Positions 10,201 to 18,216 of a stretch of DNA of 64,000 bases are shown here, piece by piece (position 1 is the stretch's first letter; every line of letters begins with the position of its first letter). Origin of the DNA: Cyanobacteria bacterium auto_48_18. Its GTDB lineage: Bacteria; Cyanobacteriota; Vampirovibrionia; Obscuribacterales; Obscuribacteraceae. The translations under genes and the position numbers were made by a program. The notes under the pieces are model-generated. The model had not been told where the DNA came from. It worked only from the letters and a program-made list of their open reading frames with translations, and searched no databases. The stretch is taken from assembly GCA_036170915.1 (NCBI GenBank), contig JAVHQC010000001.1, positions 1-64,000 on the forward strand. Direction: 5' to 3'.

Positions 10201-13013
10201 TGCTCAACTCGCCAGCTATGGATGCACAATTTGCATCTACGGTTAGCGGTTATCAGCAAGCTTATGGCGCCACAGGCAGCTACGCTCAAACTGATGGTCA
10301 GTACGCCTCGGCCGCTTCCTTTGGTACCGCATCTGGTGCCTCAGGTATGTCTGGAATCTCGCCAAGTATGGTTGGTGGTGATCTCAGCCCAGCCGGCTCA
10401 ATCGCCTCTGCAAACAACTTCCAGTCGCCGTACAGTGTCACCAGTGGTGATGCCGGTGCTGTCTCCGCTCAGCGCGGTGCCGCCGACATCATGGCTCTGA
10501 CTAATACGACACCGCAAGAAATGCAGAGAGCACTGGCTAATCCGAATGGTGCCGAATATCAGGCCCTGACTGAACGCATGGGTTCATCACCTGCTCTGGT
10601 CGACGCTGCCCTACATGGCAGTGCCGCGGCTGGTGCGATTGTTGAAACCGGATTTGGTCAGACACCAACGGCCGCAGCTAATGCCGACACATCGTTTACG
10701 GCTAACCAATCCGTAGCTATGTATCAGGCCGCAGCCAGCAACTATGGTGCTGATACTGTGCAGCAGGCAGCAGTCAATATGAATGCTAGTGCCGGTGCTC
10801 AAATTCTGCAGTCAGCGCAAATGGATCAACAATTCGCTTCGACGGTGCAAAGCTACCAGCAGTCGTATCAGACCAATGGTAACTATGCCTCTGCCGATGC
10901 CGGATATGTCAATTCGTTTGGTTCAACACCAGCGGTAACTTCATCTCTAGTTACCGGTGATGTGAGCCCTTCTGGAGCTGTAGCGTCGTCCATGGGTTAC
11001 TCGGCACCTTACAGCGTGCCAGCCGGAGATGCCGGAGCGATTTCTGCTCAGCGCGGAGCTGCCGACATCATGGCTATGACCCATACGACGCCGGTTGAAA
11101 TGAGAGAGGCCCTGGCTAATCCTGGTGGCGCTCAATATCAGGCCTTGACAGAACGTCTTGGTTCTTCTCCCGCTCTAGTTGATGCTGCCTTGCATGGTAG
11201 TACCGCAGCTGGTGCGATAGTAGAAACAGGCTTCGGTTCTACCGCTACTGCTCAAGCTAATGCTGATACTTCTTATACAGCCCAACAATCTGTATCTATG
11301 TATCAAGCGGCGGCCACACAGTACGGTGCTGATACCGTGCAGCAAGCGGCAGTCAATATGAATGCCGGTGCTGGTGCTCAGATACTGCAATCGGCTCAGA
11401 TGGATCAACAATTCGCCTCTACTGTGCAGAGCTACCAACAGTCGTATCAAAGCGGCGGTAACTTCACACAGGCCGACACGAGTTATGTTTCATCTGGTGG
11501 CGCAAGCCCCGCCATAACGAGTGCGATAGTTGGTGGTGAAGCCAGCCCTGCCGGCTCATATGCATCGGCCGCAGGCTACTCGGCACCATACTCGGTGTCA
11601 AGTAGTGACCCTGGTGCAGTGAGTGCTCAGAACACGGCTCGCGACATCATGGCCATGACCAACACAAGCCCAACTGAGCTGCGTACTGCTCTGGCTCAGC
11701 CTGAAAGTCAGCAATATCAACAGCTAGCCGAGCGCATGGGCGCTTCGCCGGCCCTGATAGACTCTGCCCTTCATGGTAATGTCAGCTCTGCTGTAGTTGC
11801 CTCGGCCGGATTCGGTGCCACTGAAACTGCCCATCGCTTTGAATCACAATCGGTCACGGCCGCTCAATCGATTCAATACAATGCCAGTGCTCAGGCGGCT
11901 GGTGGAGGAGCTGATGCTGTCTATCAAGCAGCAGTCAATCTCAACCCAGAAGCCGGACAACGCATACTCGGTGGTACTGGTCTGGATACCCAATACACAG
12001 CTACAGTCAATGCTTACCGAGCAGAGGCTGCCAGTGGTGGCGGGTACACGGAAGCGCCGGTGGTGCCAAATTACATCACCAGCAGTGGTGGCTCAGCGCC
12101 AATGTCGCAAGACATGATTTCGGGAACGAATCAGGCGCAGTATAGCTACGGTGCTCAGCCAGGTCAGACCGTTACCGCAGGGGGTAGTGAAGTTGTCCAG
12201 CAGCAGCTGCAGCAACAACAGCAGCAACAACAGCAGTTGCAGCAGAATTATGTAGCTGATGCTGGTATTGGCCAGGCACAACGTTATGCGACTGAGCCAG
12301 GGTATGTGCAACCGCAGCAACAGCAACAACAGCAACAGCCATATGTAGCTGATGGCGGTGTTGTGCAGCAGCAGCAACAACAACAGCAGCAGTCTCAGCC
12401 TTACGTAGCTGATTCTGGCATGGGCCAGCAGCAGCAACGTAATGTGACTGAGCCAGGCTTCGTGCAACCGCAGCAAAACTACGTTGCTGACCCTGGTGCT
12501 GGTCAACATCAGGCTCCTGGTGTGGGAACTGGCCAATCAATCGTTGCCAACAACGACCTTGGTTATACAGGATCCACATCATCCGGATGGACTGCTCCTC
12601 AAGTGCTGCCTGATGTCACCAGTGGTGGAACCCACCACGCGGTTGTCCAGCCTGACCAACATCAACATGTTGAGCAGCAGCAACAGCAAGTGAGACAAGA
12701 CAGCCCTGGTTACATCGCTGATGGTGGTCCTAGAAAAACCTTCTCCAATATTCTTGGAGCTGGGGCGGCTGGGCTGGCAGCGAAGAGCCAAGAACAGAGC
12801 CGACCAAGTGGTGGTGCTCCGAACGCTGAACCGAAAGAAACGGCGCCTTCGCCACAACAAAAAGAAGGTGCTCCTCCAACGGAAGGCAATAAGGGCGTCA
12901 ACCTCACACCTGGCCAGAATCGCAAGGCCAAGACTCAACGTGAGTTAGACGAGGAGCAACGTCGCTTGCTGGAAGAACAACGCCGGAACATGCCTGGCTT
13001 CAACGGCGATTAG
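7215..13013 (+). CDS. Giant (~1930 aa) VirB6/TrbL-like protein with repeat-rich C-terminal extension
   Basis: ORF 7158-13013; start moved to ATG 7215 after SD AGGAGGTG (7201-7208). The N-terminal ~500 aa are clearly paralogous to 4712-7201 (PLSDTQxQVI, PMAILxLLPGAV, PFEGxLRSIVAIFLIP, GPxAAAxxxWP). A Gly-rich linker, four long repeats and poly-Q follow. Confidence 0.75.
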   Translation: MRLMRLMQINKATETVHSRIEQPKMKVEIKNCRNKRNPLTVFSLLLAMVLALFVNNPSFAQGATNPNPNDHSVEQIMATYMLRHKAADQYHTADTVRNQESQGPGTVSHGGPENNPIQVWPTYIPTAQSQVPTLRDTAITRNMFKTFGYPLSDTQYQVIERYNQNRFMEQLYNPEKAHWMAQATGGLAANSAANSMAAFAINQALSAIDFCRQFLTNFTAEPDNVWQRIRDQLFVPMAILLLLPGAVLAQVKAIVAQGSPVLVGDVHPFEGLLRSIVAIFLIPGTFLVINYGIDVANSITLTIADEYRNIFGSDMYEDAKCAIVRAFPMNKPEWNRNAIGRKEVPRFVGTGNWARLEGHTIATARIDPCAGVEESRVPDEDVVQSKNINRLMMNGLNDTATMSWNLSCAFQMAFLYYLWCMGPIAAALWVWPVQQMRGALASWIDGVITVCFWSLFWNTTILLMACFRGVGDSGTIIMTALIFLAVNSVKSAFDFAALASAAVGDAAAQAQKVAGAAKGGGAGGGNSSGGGAAASNQGSGQRGGTGSSVGSSGGGGGGGGGGGSDTGRSASIGGTAPKSDSVSAGQADNASGVPSTKSGVGSDGLGGSLPVTAGSGTGDKGKVDGAQAEGETDQGLPPPSSGEKAGSTGGSGDGPPTGDAGGAGAAALTGALGSASIDASGNIGLQISGDAGSGTLGITNSGDGLTGPGGVPLTGESAASGDGNKFSEGTAPLLGFGMGNSDSPIQTPFGLSPELGNRNAFDALGLGPDLQIPGLGNEQGLGALGIGNAQGQTDGKGAIPGTDIFGKPDATGLAPGTDIFGKPDATGLAPGTENALNKLGPDGQPLLGADGKPMLDPSRVGDVPPLTGNLANDPGAVSAQKTAVDTMAMSGITTDQLKTAIDNPNSAEYKAIADATNVAPPILDAALHGNTSAGVMTAVGFGGTDTANAFAAPGVANETATMATNAFQQAQNVAGADPGMIDRATLGMDAKAGAQLLNSPAMDAQFASTVSGYQQAYGATGSYAQTDGQYASAASFGTASGASGMSGISPSMVGGDLSPAGSIASANNFQSPYSVTSGDAGAVSAQRGAADIMALTNTTPQEMQRALANPNGAEYQALTERMGSSPALVDAALHGSAAAGAIVETGFGQTPTAAANADTSFTANQSVAMYQAAASNYGADTVQQAAVNMNASAGAQILQSAQMDQQFASTVQSYQQSYQTNGNYASADAGYVNSFGSTPAVTSSLVTGDVSPSGAVASSMGYSAPYSVPAGDAGAISAQRGAADIMAMTHTTPVEMREALANPGGAQYQALTERLGSSPALVDAALHGSTAAGAIVETGFGSTATAQANADTSYTAQQSVSMYQAAATQYGADTVQQAAVNMNAGAGAQILQSAQMDQQFASTVQSYQQSYQSGGNFTQADTSYVSSGGASPAITSAIVGGEASPAGSYASAAGYSAPYSVSSSDPGAVSAQNTARDIMAMTNTSPTELRTALAQPESQQYQQLAERMGASPALIDSALHGNVSSAVVASAGFGATETAHRFESQSVTAAQSIQYNASAQAAGGGADAVYQAAVNLNPEAGQRILGGTGLDTQYTATVNAYRAEAASGGGYTEAPVVPNYITSSGGSAPMSQDMISGTNQAQYSYGAQPGQTVTAGGSEVVQQQLQQQQQQQQQLQQNYVADAGIGQAQRYATEPGYVQPQQQQQQQQPYVADGGVVQQQQQQQQQSQPYVADSGMGQQQQRNVTEPGFVQPQQNYVADPGAGQHQAPGVGTGQSIVANNDLGYTGSTSSGWTAPQVLPDVTSGGTHHAVVQPDQHQHVEQQQQQVRQDSPGYIADGGPRKTFSNILGAGAAGLAAKSQEQSRPSGGAPNAEPKETAPSPQQKEGAPPTEGNKGVNLTPGQNRKAKTQRELDEEQRRLLEEQRRNMPGFNGD
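9611..9709 (+). repeat. Exact 45-bp in-frame tandem repeat (2.2 copies; PGTDIFGKPDATGLA)
   Basis: 9611-9655 is identical to 9656-9700, and a partial third copy follows. Confidence 0.95.
9831..12030 (+). repeat. Four tandem ~193-206 aa protein repeats
   Basis: Units begin D(P/A)GA(V/I)SAQ at 9831, 10449, 11028 and 11607 (spacing 618, 579, 579 bp); each contains D(A/S)ALHG and GFG. Confidence 0.92.
12190..12730 (+). repeat. Poly-Gln tracts punctuated by Y(V/I)AD motifs
   Basis: CAG/CAA runs with NYVADAG, PYVADGG, PYVADSG, NYVADPG, GYIADGG, and two TEPG(Y/F)VQPQQ. Confidence 0.9.
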
Positions 13014-13027
13014 TCCGAGGTTCGCAT

Positions 13028-13058
13028 CCTCAGTCTCTGCTCTACACAGAGGCTGAGG
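13028..13058 (+). terminator. Strong stem-loop after the giant gene (no U-tract); terminator or mRNA-stabilising hairpin
   Basis: CCTCAGTCTCTG-7nt-CAGAGGCTGAGG (one G-U pair), extendable to about 13015-13068. Confidence 0.55.
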
Positions 13059-13167
13059 AGCGATTCGGAATGATGGCCTGCAGTTCAAGCCAGCGTTTCA
13101 TTCAAGGTTAAAAGGAGTTGTCCGGCGCGACAAGATTTAAAATAACGCATAAGATAGATCTGGCACC

Positions 13168-13812
13168 TTGGAGAATCTAATCGTGGACCTGGCCGATGTC
13201 GGTGTTAAGTGTCCTAACTGCGGCGTGAAGTTCAATAGCAAGCAACTTCCAAAAGTTGTCGATACAGGTTTGCGCAATAGCGAATTGCGCCAGCATATTG
13301 GTAACGTCAAACCTCAGTATGAGCAATATTCAGTGCTGACTTGCCCCAGTTGTGGCATTTCAGACTGGGCGACTTCATTTATTCCCACCACCGAGCTTTG
13401 CGTACTCAATCAGGGAAATAGCCCACCACATTTGCAATACCGCAACGCTGCTATCTGCGCCGAGCGCAAGGGCGGCAATTATTTCGGTGTGGCCATGTTT
13501 TACCTCTACGCCGCCTGGTGTGCCGATGATGTCAATGCTGTGCCTCAGGCGCGAGAATACAGAAGATTGGCCACAGACGCATTCCGTAAATCTCTTGTTG
13601 ACGTCTCCTGCCCCACAGAAAATCGTCCGGAAGTGGAATATTTGATTGGCGAGCTCTGCAGGCGCACAGGTGACTTTGCTCGGTGCAAGGAATACTATCA
13701 AGTGGTGATTGGCCGCTTACCGGCCCTCTACGCCGCGATGGCGCGAAAATTGATGCGTATGGCTGATATGGGTTCTGCTGAAGACATCCAGTTTGATGGT
13801 ATGGGCAACTAA
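13168..13812 (+). CDS. DUF2225-like zinc-ribbon/TPR-like protein
   Basis: CPNC...CPSC pairs, then YLYAAWCADD and YLIGELCRRTGDF, matching my recollection of the DUF2225 pattern. Confidence 0.75.
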   Translation: MENLIVDLADVGVKCPNCGVKFNSKQLPKVVDTGLRNSELRQHIGNVKPQYEQYSVLTCPSCGISDWATSFIPTTELCVLNQGNSPPHLQYRNAAICAERKGGNYFGVAMFYLYAAWCADDVNAVPQAREYRRLATDAFRKSLVDVSCPTENRPEVEYLIGELCRRTGDFARCKEYYQVVIGRLPALYAAMARKLMRMADMGSAEDIQFDGMGN

Positions 13813-13844
13813 TAGACGAAGCGAGCAGTTGAGGACGGAATTAA

Positions 13845-14222
13845 GTGTCACGAGTTCACAAAGTCATTGTGCTGAATAAGCCTTTTAAGCTATGGGATTT
13901 CACTATTCGCCAGCTTCTTATGATGGTAATTGCCGTGGCCATCTCAGTCACTTTGCTTTCCAAGGTGCCCAGCAATCTAAAAATTGGCAATTTGCCCGCC
14001 AATATTCTCAGTGCCATTGTGTTTTTCTGCGCCTGTCTGCCTCTGGTTAAATTTACAGACTTAAAACCCATGAGCTGGTGGAAAAATGTTTTTCTCTATC
14101 GGCTGCATTTTGAGCCCACGGTTTATGTGCCTAAACCGGAAGAACAAACGGCCATTTATCCTGACCCAACCATTATTGAACCCACTAAAAAGTCAGACGA
14201 GTTCTATATAGGCTCCAATTAG
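13845..14222 (+). CDS. PrgI/VirB3-like small membrane protein
   Basis: 125 aa; FKLWDFTIRQL followed by two TM helices; immediately upstream of the VirB4-like ATPase, as PrgI/TcpE genes are. Confidence 0.7.
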   Translation: MSRVHKVIVLNKPFKLWDFTIRQLLMMVIAVAISVTLLSKVPSNLKIGNLPANILSAIVFFCACLPLVKFTDLKPMSWWKNVFLYRLHFEPTVYVPKPEEQTAIYPDPTIIEPTKKSDEFYIGSN

Positions 14223-14316
14223 CTTGGTTTTGCGGCTAAACTGGTTAGCACAGCTGCAGAACTATATATAATGTTTCCTATAGCGTACGAGCCAAGAGCC
14301 CTGTGAGCGTTCATCA

Positions 14317-17127
14317 ATGGTAAGAAGTGCCGGTTCATCACCCATAAGAAGGACGTCGAGTTTGCGAGGCAGACCTCAAGTTAACGACGATATGGATGAT
14401 GACGACGACGATCTTGATGATTTTCGTGGTCAGAGACGACCGAGGCCGACTACCGACTCGCAGATGCCCGAAGGCAAGCACATGCCGCTTACGCCGGGCC
14501 CTTCGCTAAACAATATCATTGCTGGATTTTATAACGGTTTGCCAAGCCAGCTGCGCGACATGCTGCCTTTTGGTCAGGAATCACATGGTGGTGGAAGTGG
14601 CGGCGGCGGCTCTGATGATGACCCGCCACCAGACAAACGCGGTACCACCAGCTGGCAAGATGTCTGTTTCATTTATTCCATTCCTGGCGAGGACGAAGAA
14701 GACGGGCTGGTAGTTTTATCGGACGGCAGTTTTCGCAAATATATTGCCTGCAAAGGCATTAACGCCCTGCTTTTCGATGAAGCAGATCGCGAAACCATGG
14801 CCCGCACTTTTGCTAACTTTGCCAACTCCTGCGAATCAGATATTCAGATCATCATCAAGAGCCGAAACGTCTCAGTTGACGAATATCTTTCGCGCTATCA
14901 AATTTTGCTTAAAACCGATAACGATTATTTGAAATGGTACGCCGACTACACAGATAAATGGTTCCGCCGCGTGCAGGACGTTACCTTCGTTCCGCAGCGC
15001 GAATTTTATATCGTCATCAGTTTCCATCCGCCAGATTGCAAAAGCGGCAAAATGTGGAACGGCCGCCGCTCGATTCAAAAGCACGAAGAATATTTGGAAT
15101 CACTCAATCGCCTTGTTAAGACTGCATTTGAACAACTGCGCGGCTCGAACTTGAGACCAAGTATTCTCACTCGCAAAGAAGTGCGCAATCTGATTTATTC
15201 AGATTTGAATCCATCGCTTTACGAAAAAGACGGCGAGGCACCACCTTCGCGCACCAACGTATCAGAAGCTTCTGTGCTGGCTGGTTCGGCCTTGAAAGTG
15301 ACAGACGATCATTTGTGGCTTGACGGCAAATATATCGGCACCCAATATATGTTTGCGCCGCCTCACGAAACCTGGATGGGCTGGCTTGTTGATCTGCTCA
15401 CGCTATCGGTCGAGTACACTCTTTCGCTTTTCATTCACCAGTGCGATCAAGACAAAGTCAGACGCAACCTCAAGCTCAAATATCGTATGGGTCACGTGGC
15501 CAGCACACAGCTAGCCACCCCGGACATTGAAGGAATGGAGTCGACAAGATCGGCTGCCACAGCCATTCAAGAATTTTTGCGCAGCGCCAATAAAGCTTTT
15601 GATACTTCAATGTACATTCGCTCTTATGCCGATTCGCCTGAGCATCTGGCACAGAACATGGATGAAGTCAGACGCATTTTCAAAAACCGCGGCGCCCAGA
15701 TGGATAGAGGCCAAGTGCTGCAACTTGATCTATGGCAGTCGACGCTCTCTGTGGGCGTAGATCGCATGGCGGTGGTGCACCGTGTCATGTCACCGATTGT
15801 TGGCACCATGTGGCCGTTTTTCACAGCCTCTTGCGGCACTCCAGATGGTGTACCGTTTGGTTTCGCGCTGGCTTCAAGAGAGCCGGTGCTTTTAAATCCG
15901 TTTTTCCGAGGGCAGGGTAAAGACGCGAACAATATGTTCGTAGTAGGAACCACTGGTGCCGGTAAATCATTTGCCGTATCAATGCTAATTCTACGCCTTT
16001 TGCCATTGGGCACGCGCTTTGTCTTAATTGATAAAACTGTCGACAAATTTGGTGCCTATCGTTTCATTACCGAGCTGCTTGGTCCAGATCTGTGCGCCTA
16101 TATCGACTTAGGGCCTAGTTCAGGTTACATTCTCAACCCCTTTGATCTCGGCCCCGAAGATAAAGAAGGCGAGCCTTCTGCCGACAAAATCAGCTCGCTT
16201 CTATCATTACTAGACTTAATGCTGGCTCCTGAAGGCCGAGAAGAATTGAACGTCGAAGAAAAATCACTACTTGATGGTTTGATTCGCGTAGCTTATATGG
16301 ACGCGCACTTTAGAGGCGTCATACCTACCATGTCTGATCTCGCTCGAGTGACAGCCCAGGCTGCTGCCGATGAAGTAGATCCATTGCAGCGCGATCGCTT
16401 ACAACAATTTGCTCGTGGTCTTTCACTCTTCACCAGATCTGGTGCCTTTGGTGGATTGGTTGACGGTCACACCAATATTGACACCGAAAAACTGTTCATC
16501 GTATTTGATACCAGAGAAGTTAACGAGCCAAGGCTGGAAAGAATCGCCGTATACATTTTGGCTGAATTTATTCGCCGCCGTGCAGCCGATTCAAAAGCAC
16601 GAGGAGTGCGCTTTGCCGCCATCATCGACGAAGCCGCCACTCTGATGCGATTTAAAGCCGGAGCGCGCCTGCTGGACGATTTGTCGAGAAGAGCCAGGCA
16701 CTACGGTATGATGCTGGTAACAATTACTCAGCAGCTGAAAGACTTCTTCAGACAGGCAGAGCAAGCCGATTCGGTGGTTAAAAACTCGCACATGAAAATC
16801 ATGTTGCGGCAAGATCCATCTGACTTGAAGATGCTCAAAGAAACACTGCGTTTGACCGACGCTGAAACCGTAGCAATTGAGAATTTCTCGAGAGACGAAG
16901 AGAAGCGTCGAGACAGCCAGTGCTTGCTGATTGTGGGTGCTGTGCACGGTACAATCAGACTGGTACCAAGCCCAATGGACTACTGGATCTGCACTTCAGA
17001 GCCAATCAAAGACATTCCTCGCCGTCTAGATATGATCAAAGATGTGAAGGCGAAAAATCCGAAGCTTTCTCACACTGATGCTTGCCGCCAGGCTGTCTAT
17101 TACCTTGGCTTGCAGCACGAGGGATAG
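14317..17127 (+). CDS. virB4: VirB4/TraC/ConE-family type IV secretion ATPase
   Basis: 936 aa; NMFVVGTTGAGKS Walker A (~15946-15969), AIIDEAA Walker B (~16621), RRARHYG, ITQQLKDF, ILNPFD; N-terminal GINALL..DRETMARTFANFANS typical of VirB4-like N-domains. Confidence 0.9.
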   Translation: MVRSAGSSPIRRTSSLRGRPQVNDDMDDDDDDLDDFRGQRRPRPTTDSQMPEGKHMPLTPGPSLNNIIAGFYNGLPSQLRDMLPFGQESHGGGSGGGGSDDDPPPDKRGTTSWQDVCFIYSIPGEDEEDGLVVLSDGSFRKYIACKGINALLFDEADRETMARTFANFANSCESDIQIIIKSRNVSVDEYLSRYQILLKTDNDYLKWYADYTDKWFRRVQDVTFVPQREFYIVISFHPPDCKSGKMWNGRRSIQKHEEYLESLNRLVKTAFEQLRGSNLRPSILTRKEVRNLIYSDLNPSLYEKDGEAPPSRTNVSEASVLAGSALKVTDDHLWLDGKYIGTQYMFAPPHETWMGWLVDLLTLSVEYTLSLFIHQCDQDKVRRNLKLKYRMGHVASTQLATPDIEGMESTRSAATAIQEFLRSANKAFDTSMYIRSYADSPEHLAQNMDEVRRIFKNRGAQMDRGQVLQLDLWQSTLSVGVDRMAVVHRVMSPIVGTMWPFFTASCGTPDGVPFGFALASREPVLLNPFFRGQGKDANNMFVVGTTGAGKSFAVSMLILRLLPLGTRFVLIDKTVDKFGAYRFITELLGPDLCAYIDLGPSSGYILNPFDLGPEDKEGEPSADKISSLLSLLDLMLAPEGREELNVEEKSLLDGLIRVAYMDAHFRGVIPTMSDLARVTAQAAADEVDPLQRDRLQQFARGLSLFTRSGAFGGLVDGHTNIDTEKLFIVFDTREVNEPRLERIAVYILAEFIRRRAADSKARGVRFAAIIDEAATLMRFKAGARLLDDLSRRARHYGMMLVTITQQLKDFFRQAEQADSVVKNSHMKIMLRQDPSDLKMLKETLRLTDAETVAIENFSRDEEKRRDSQCLLIVGAVHGTIRLVPSPMDYWICTSEPIKDIPRRLDMIKDVKAKNPKLSHTDACRQAVYYLGLQHEG

Positions 17128-17619
17128 ATGGACAAAATATTTCGCTTTAGCAAATGGTTTGTTTTATTTTGCGCACTACTGGTGGTAGCCAGATTGGCGC
17201 AACAATATGTGGCTGACCGAGCTTTTGAAGAACGTGCCAGTGCGATGGGTGAGAGAATTTTCGGCTGGCGTTGGGTCAATGCTGCTGGTAAAGTAGATAT
17301 ACAGAGCAACGCGCAAGTGACCAAAGCTAAAGTCATTCATCGTCGCGAGACTGACGGGCAGGTGCGGTTGGAAGGCACACAGCTTGTTATGGCACCAGAT
17401 ATAGGGTCAGCCGACGGAATTAAAAATTTAAATTCAGTGCATACTTTAAATAATACCGGCGCGAAATCACAAGGAGGAACTCAACCATTAGATGTTAACT
17501 CGGCGGGAGCCGGCAGTGCAGGGGCTTCAAGCAAGCCTTTATCGGGCAAATTTGCTGCTGTTCTCACTCTCTACAAAGACAAAAATGAGTGGAAGTTGGG
17601 AAAAGTGGAGGCTGAGTAA
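17128..17619 (+). CDS. Bitopic membrane protein with possible NTF2-like fold
   Basis: Starts immediately after the virB4 stop; one N-terminal TM; ends FAAVLTLYKDKNEWKLGKVE, a pattern common in NTF2/SnoaL-like folds. Confidence 0.65.
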   Translation: MDKIFRFSKWFVLFCALLVVARLAQQYVADRAFEERASAMGERIFGWRWVNAAGKVDIQSNAQVTKAKVIHRRETDGQVRLEGTQLVMAPDIGSADGIKNLNSVHTLNNTGAKSQGGTQPLDVNSAGAGSAGASSKPLSGKFAAVLTLYKDKNEWKLGKVEAE

Positions 17620-17622
17620 TAT

Positions 17623-18165
17623 ATGTATTGGAGAGTTCAAAAAGTCGGACCGGAACAGCTAGTAAAGCTTTACGGCGTGCACTTGCTTCTTATTTTAAGC
17701 CTGCTTATTAACGGTTTTCAGTGGATTACCAGACCGGCCAAATCAATGCCCGAGGGAGTGAAGGCCGACATTGAATCTTTCTCGCGCAAACTCACTCATC
17801 ACCTGCTTGATACCAGCTATATTTCGTGCGAAGCCAATATGACCGCCTTGCGATCTGAGCTCGACCCGCCTCTGGCAGCCAATTTGACGCGGCAAGGAAT
17901 TTTGCCTAAAACTGCTCAAGACATGCGCGCTATGGTTTTAGATATGCAAGAGCGTAAACAGATCTGTGCCGTGCGCATTGATGACATCAAAGTCAGCGAA
18001 CCTACAGCTCAAGGTCTTATTCCGGCCCGAGTGACCGGCATTTGCGCCATTCACTCCGCAGCTGAAACCGCCGAGAGACGTTTTACTTTTCAGTATTTAA
18101 TTGGTCAGCGAGGCGATACTGGACAACTGATTCTTTCTCAATATGAAGATCTGTCGCCGCAATAG
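17623..18165 (+). CDS. VirB8-like bitopic membrane protein
   Basis: 180 aa; N-terminal TM (LLLILSLLINGFQW), then IESFSRKLTHHLLDTSY helix and a beta-rich end; size and topology fit VirB8/TraE/DotI; 3 bp from the previous gene. Confidence 0.6.
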   Translation: MYWRVQKVGPEQLVKLYGVHLLLILSLLINGFQWITRPAKSMPEGVKADIESFSRKLTHHLLDTSYISCEANMTALRSELDPPLAANLTRQGILPKTAQDMRAMVLDMQERKQICAVRIDDIKVSEPTAQGLIPARVTGICAIHSAAETAERRFTFQYLIGQRGDTGQLILSQYEDLSPQ

Positions 18166-18216
18166 TTATTAACTCAAGCCTGTAGTCACCACCCGTAACA
18201 CCATAATAAGAGAGCC

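Noticed and set aside
9831..12030. RTX, haemagglutinin, ice-nucleation or phage tape-measure repeats
   Set aside because: No GGxGxD or other known short consensus; the unit is ~195 aa and there are no phage genes nearby.
12093..12582. Antisense poly-Leu and poly-Ala/Val ORFs
   Set aside because: Reverse-frame artefacts of the CAG/CAA poly-Gln tract.
924..18165. Integrative conjugative element or plasmid transfer region
   Set aside because: No relaxase, VirD4, integrase, att repeat or flanking tRNA seen in the window, and it adjoins housekeeping genes. Cannot be fully excluded beyond the left edge.
18166..18216. FMN riboswitch upstream of ribE
   Set aside because: The gap is only 51 bp and lacks the RFN consensus.
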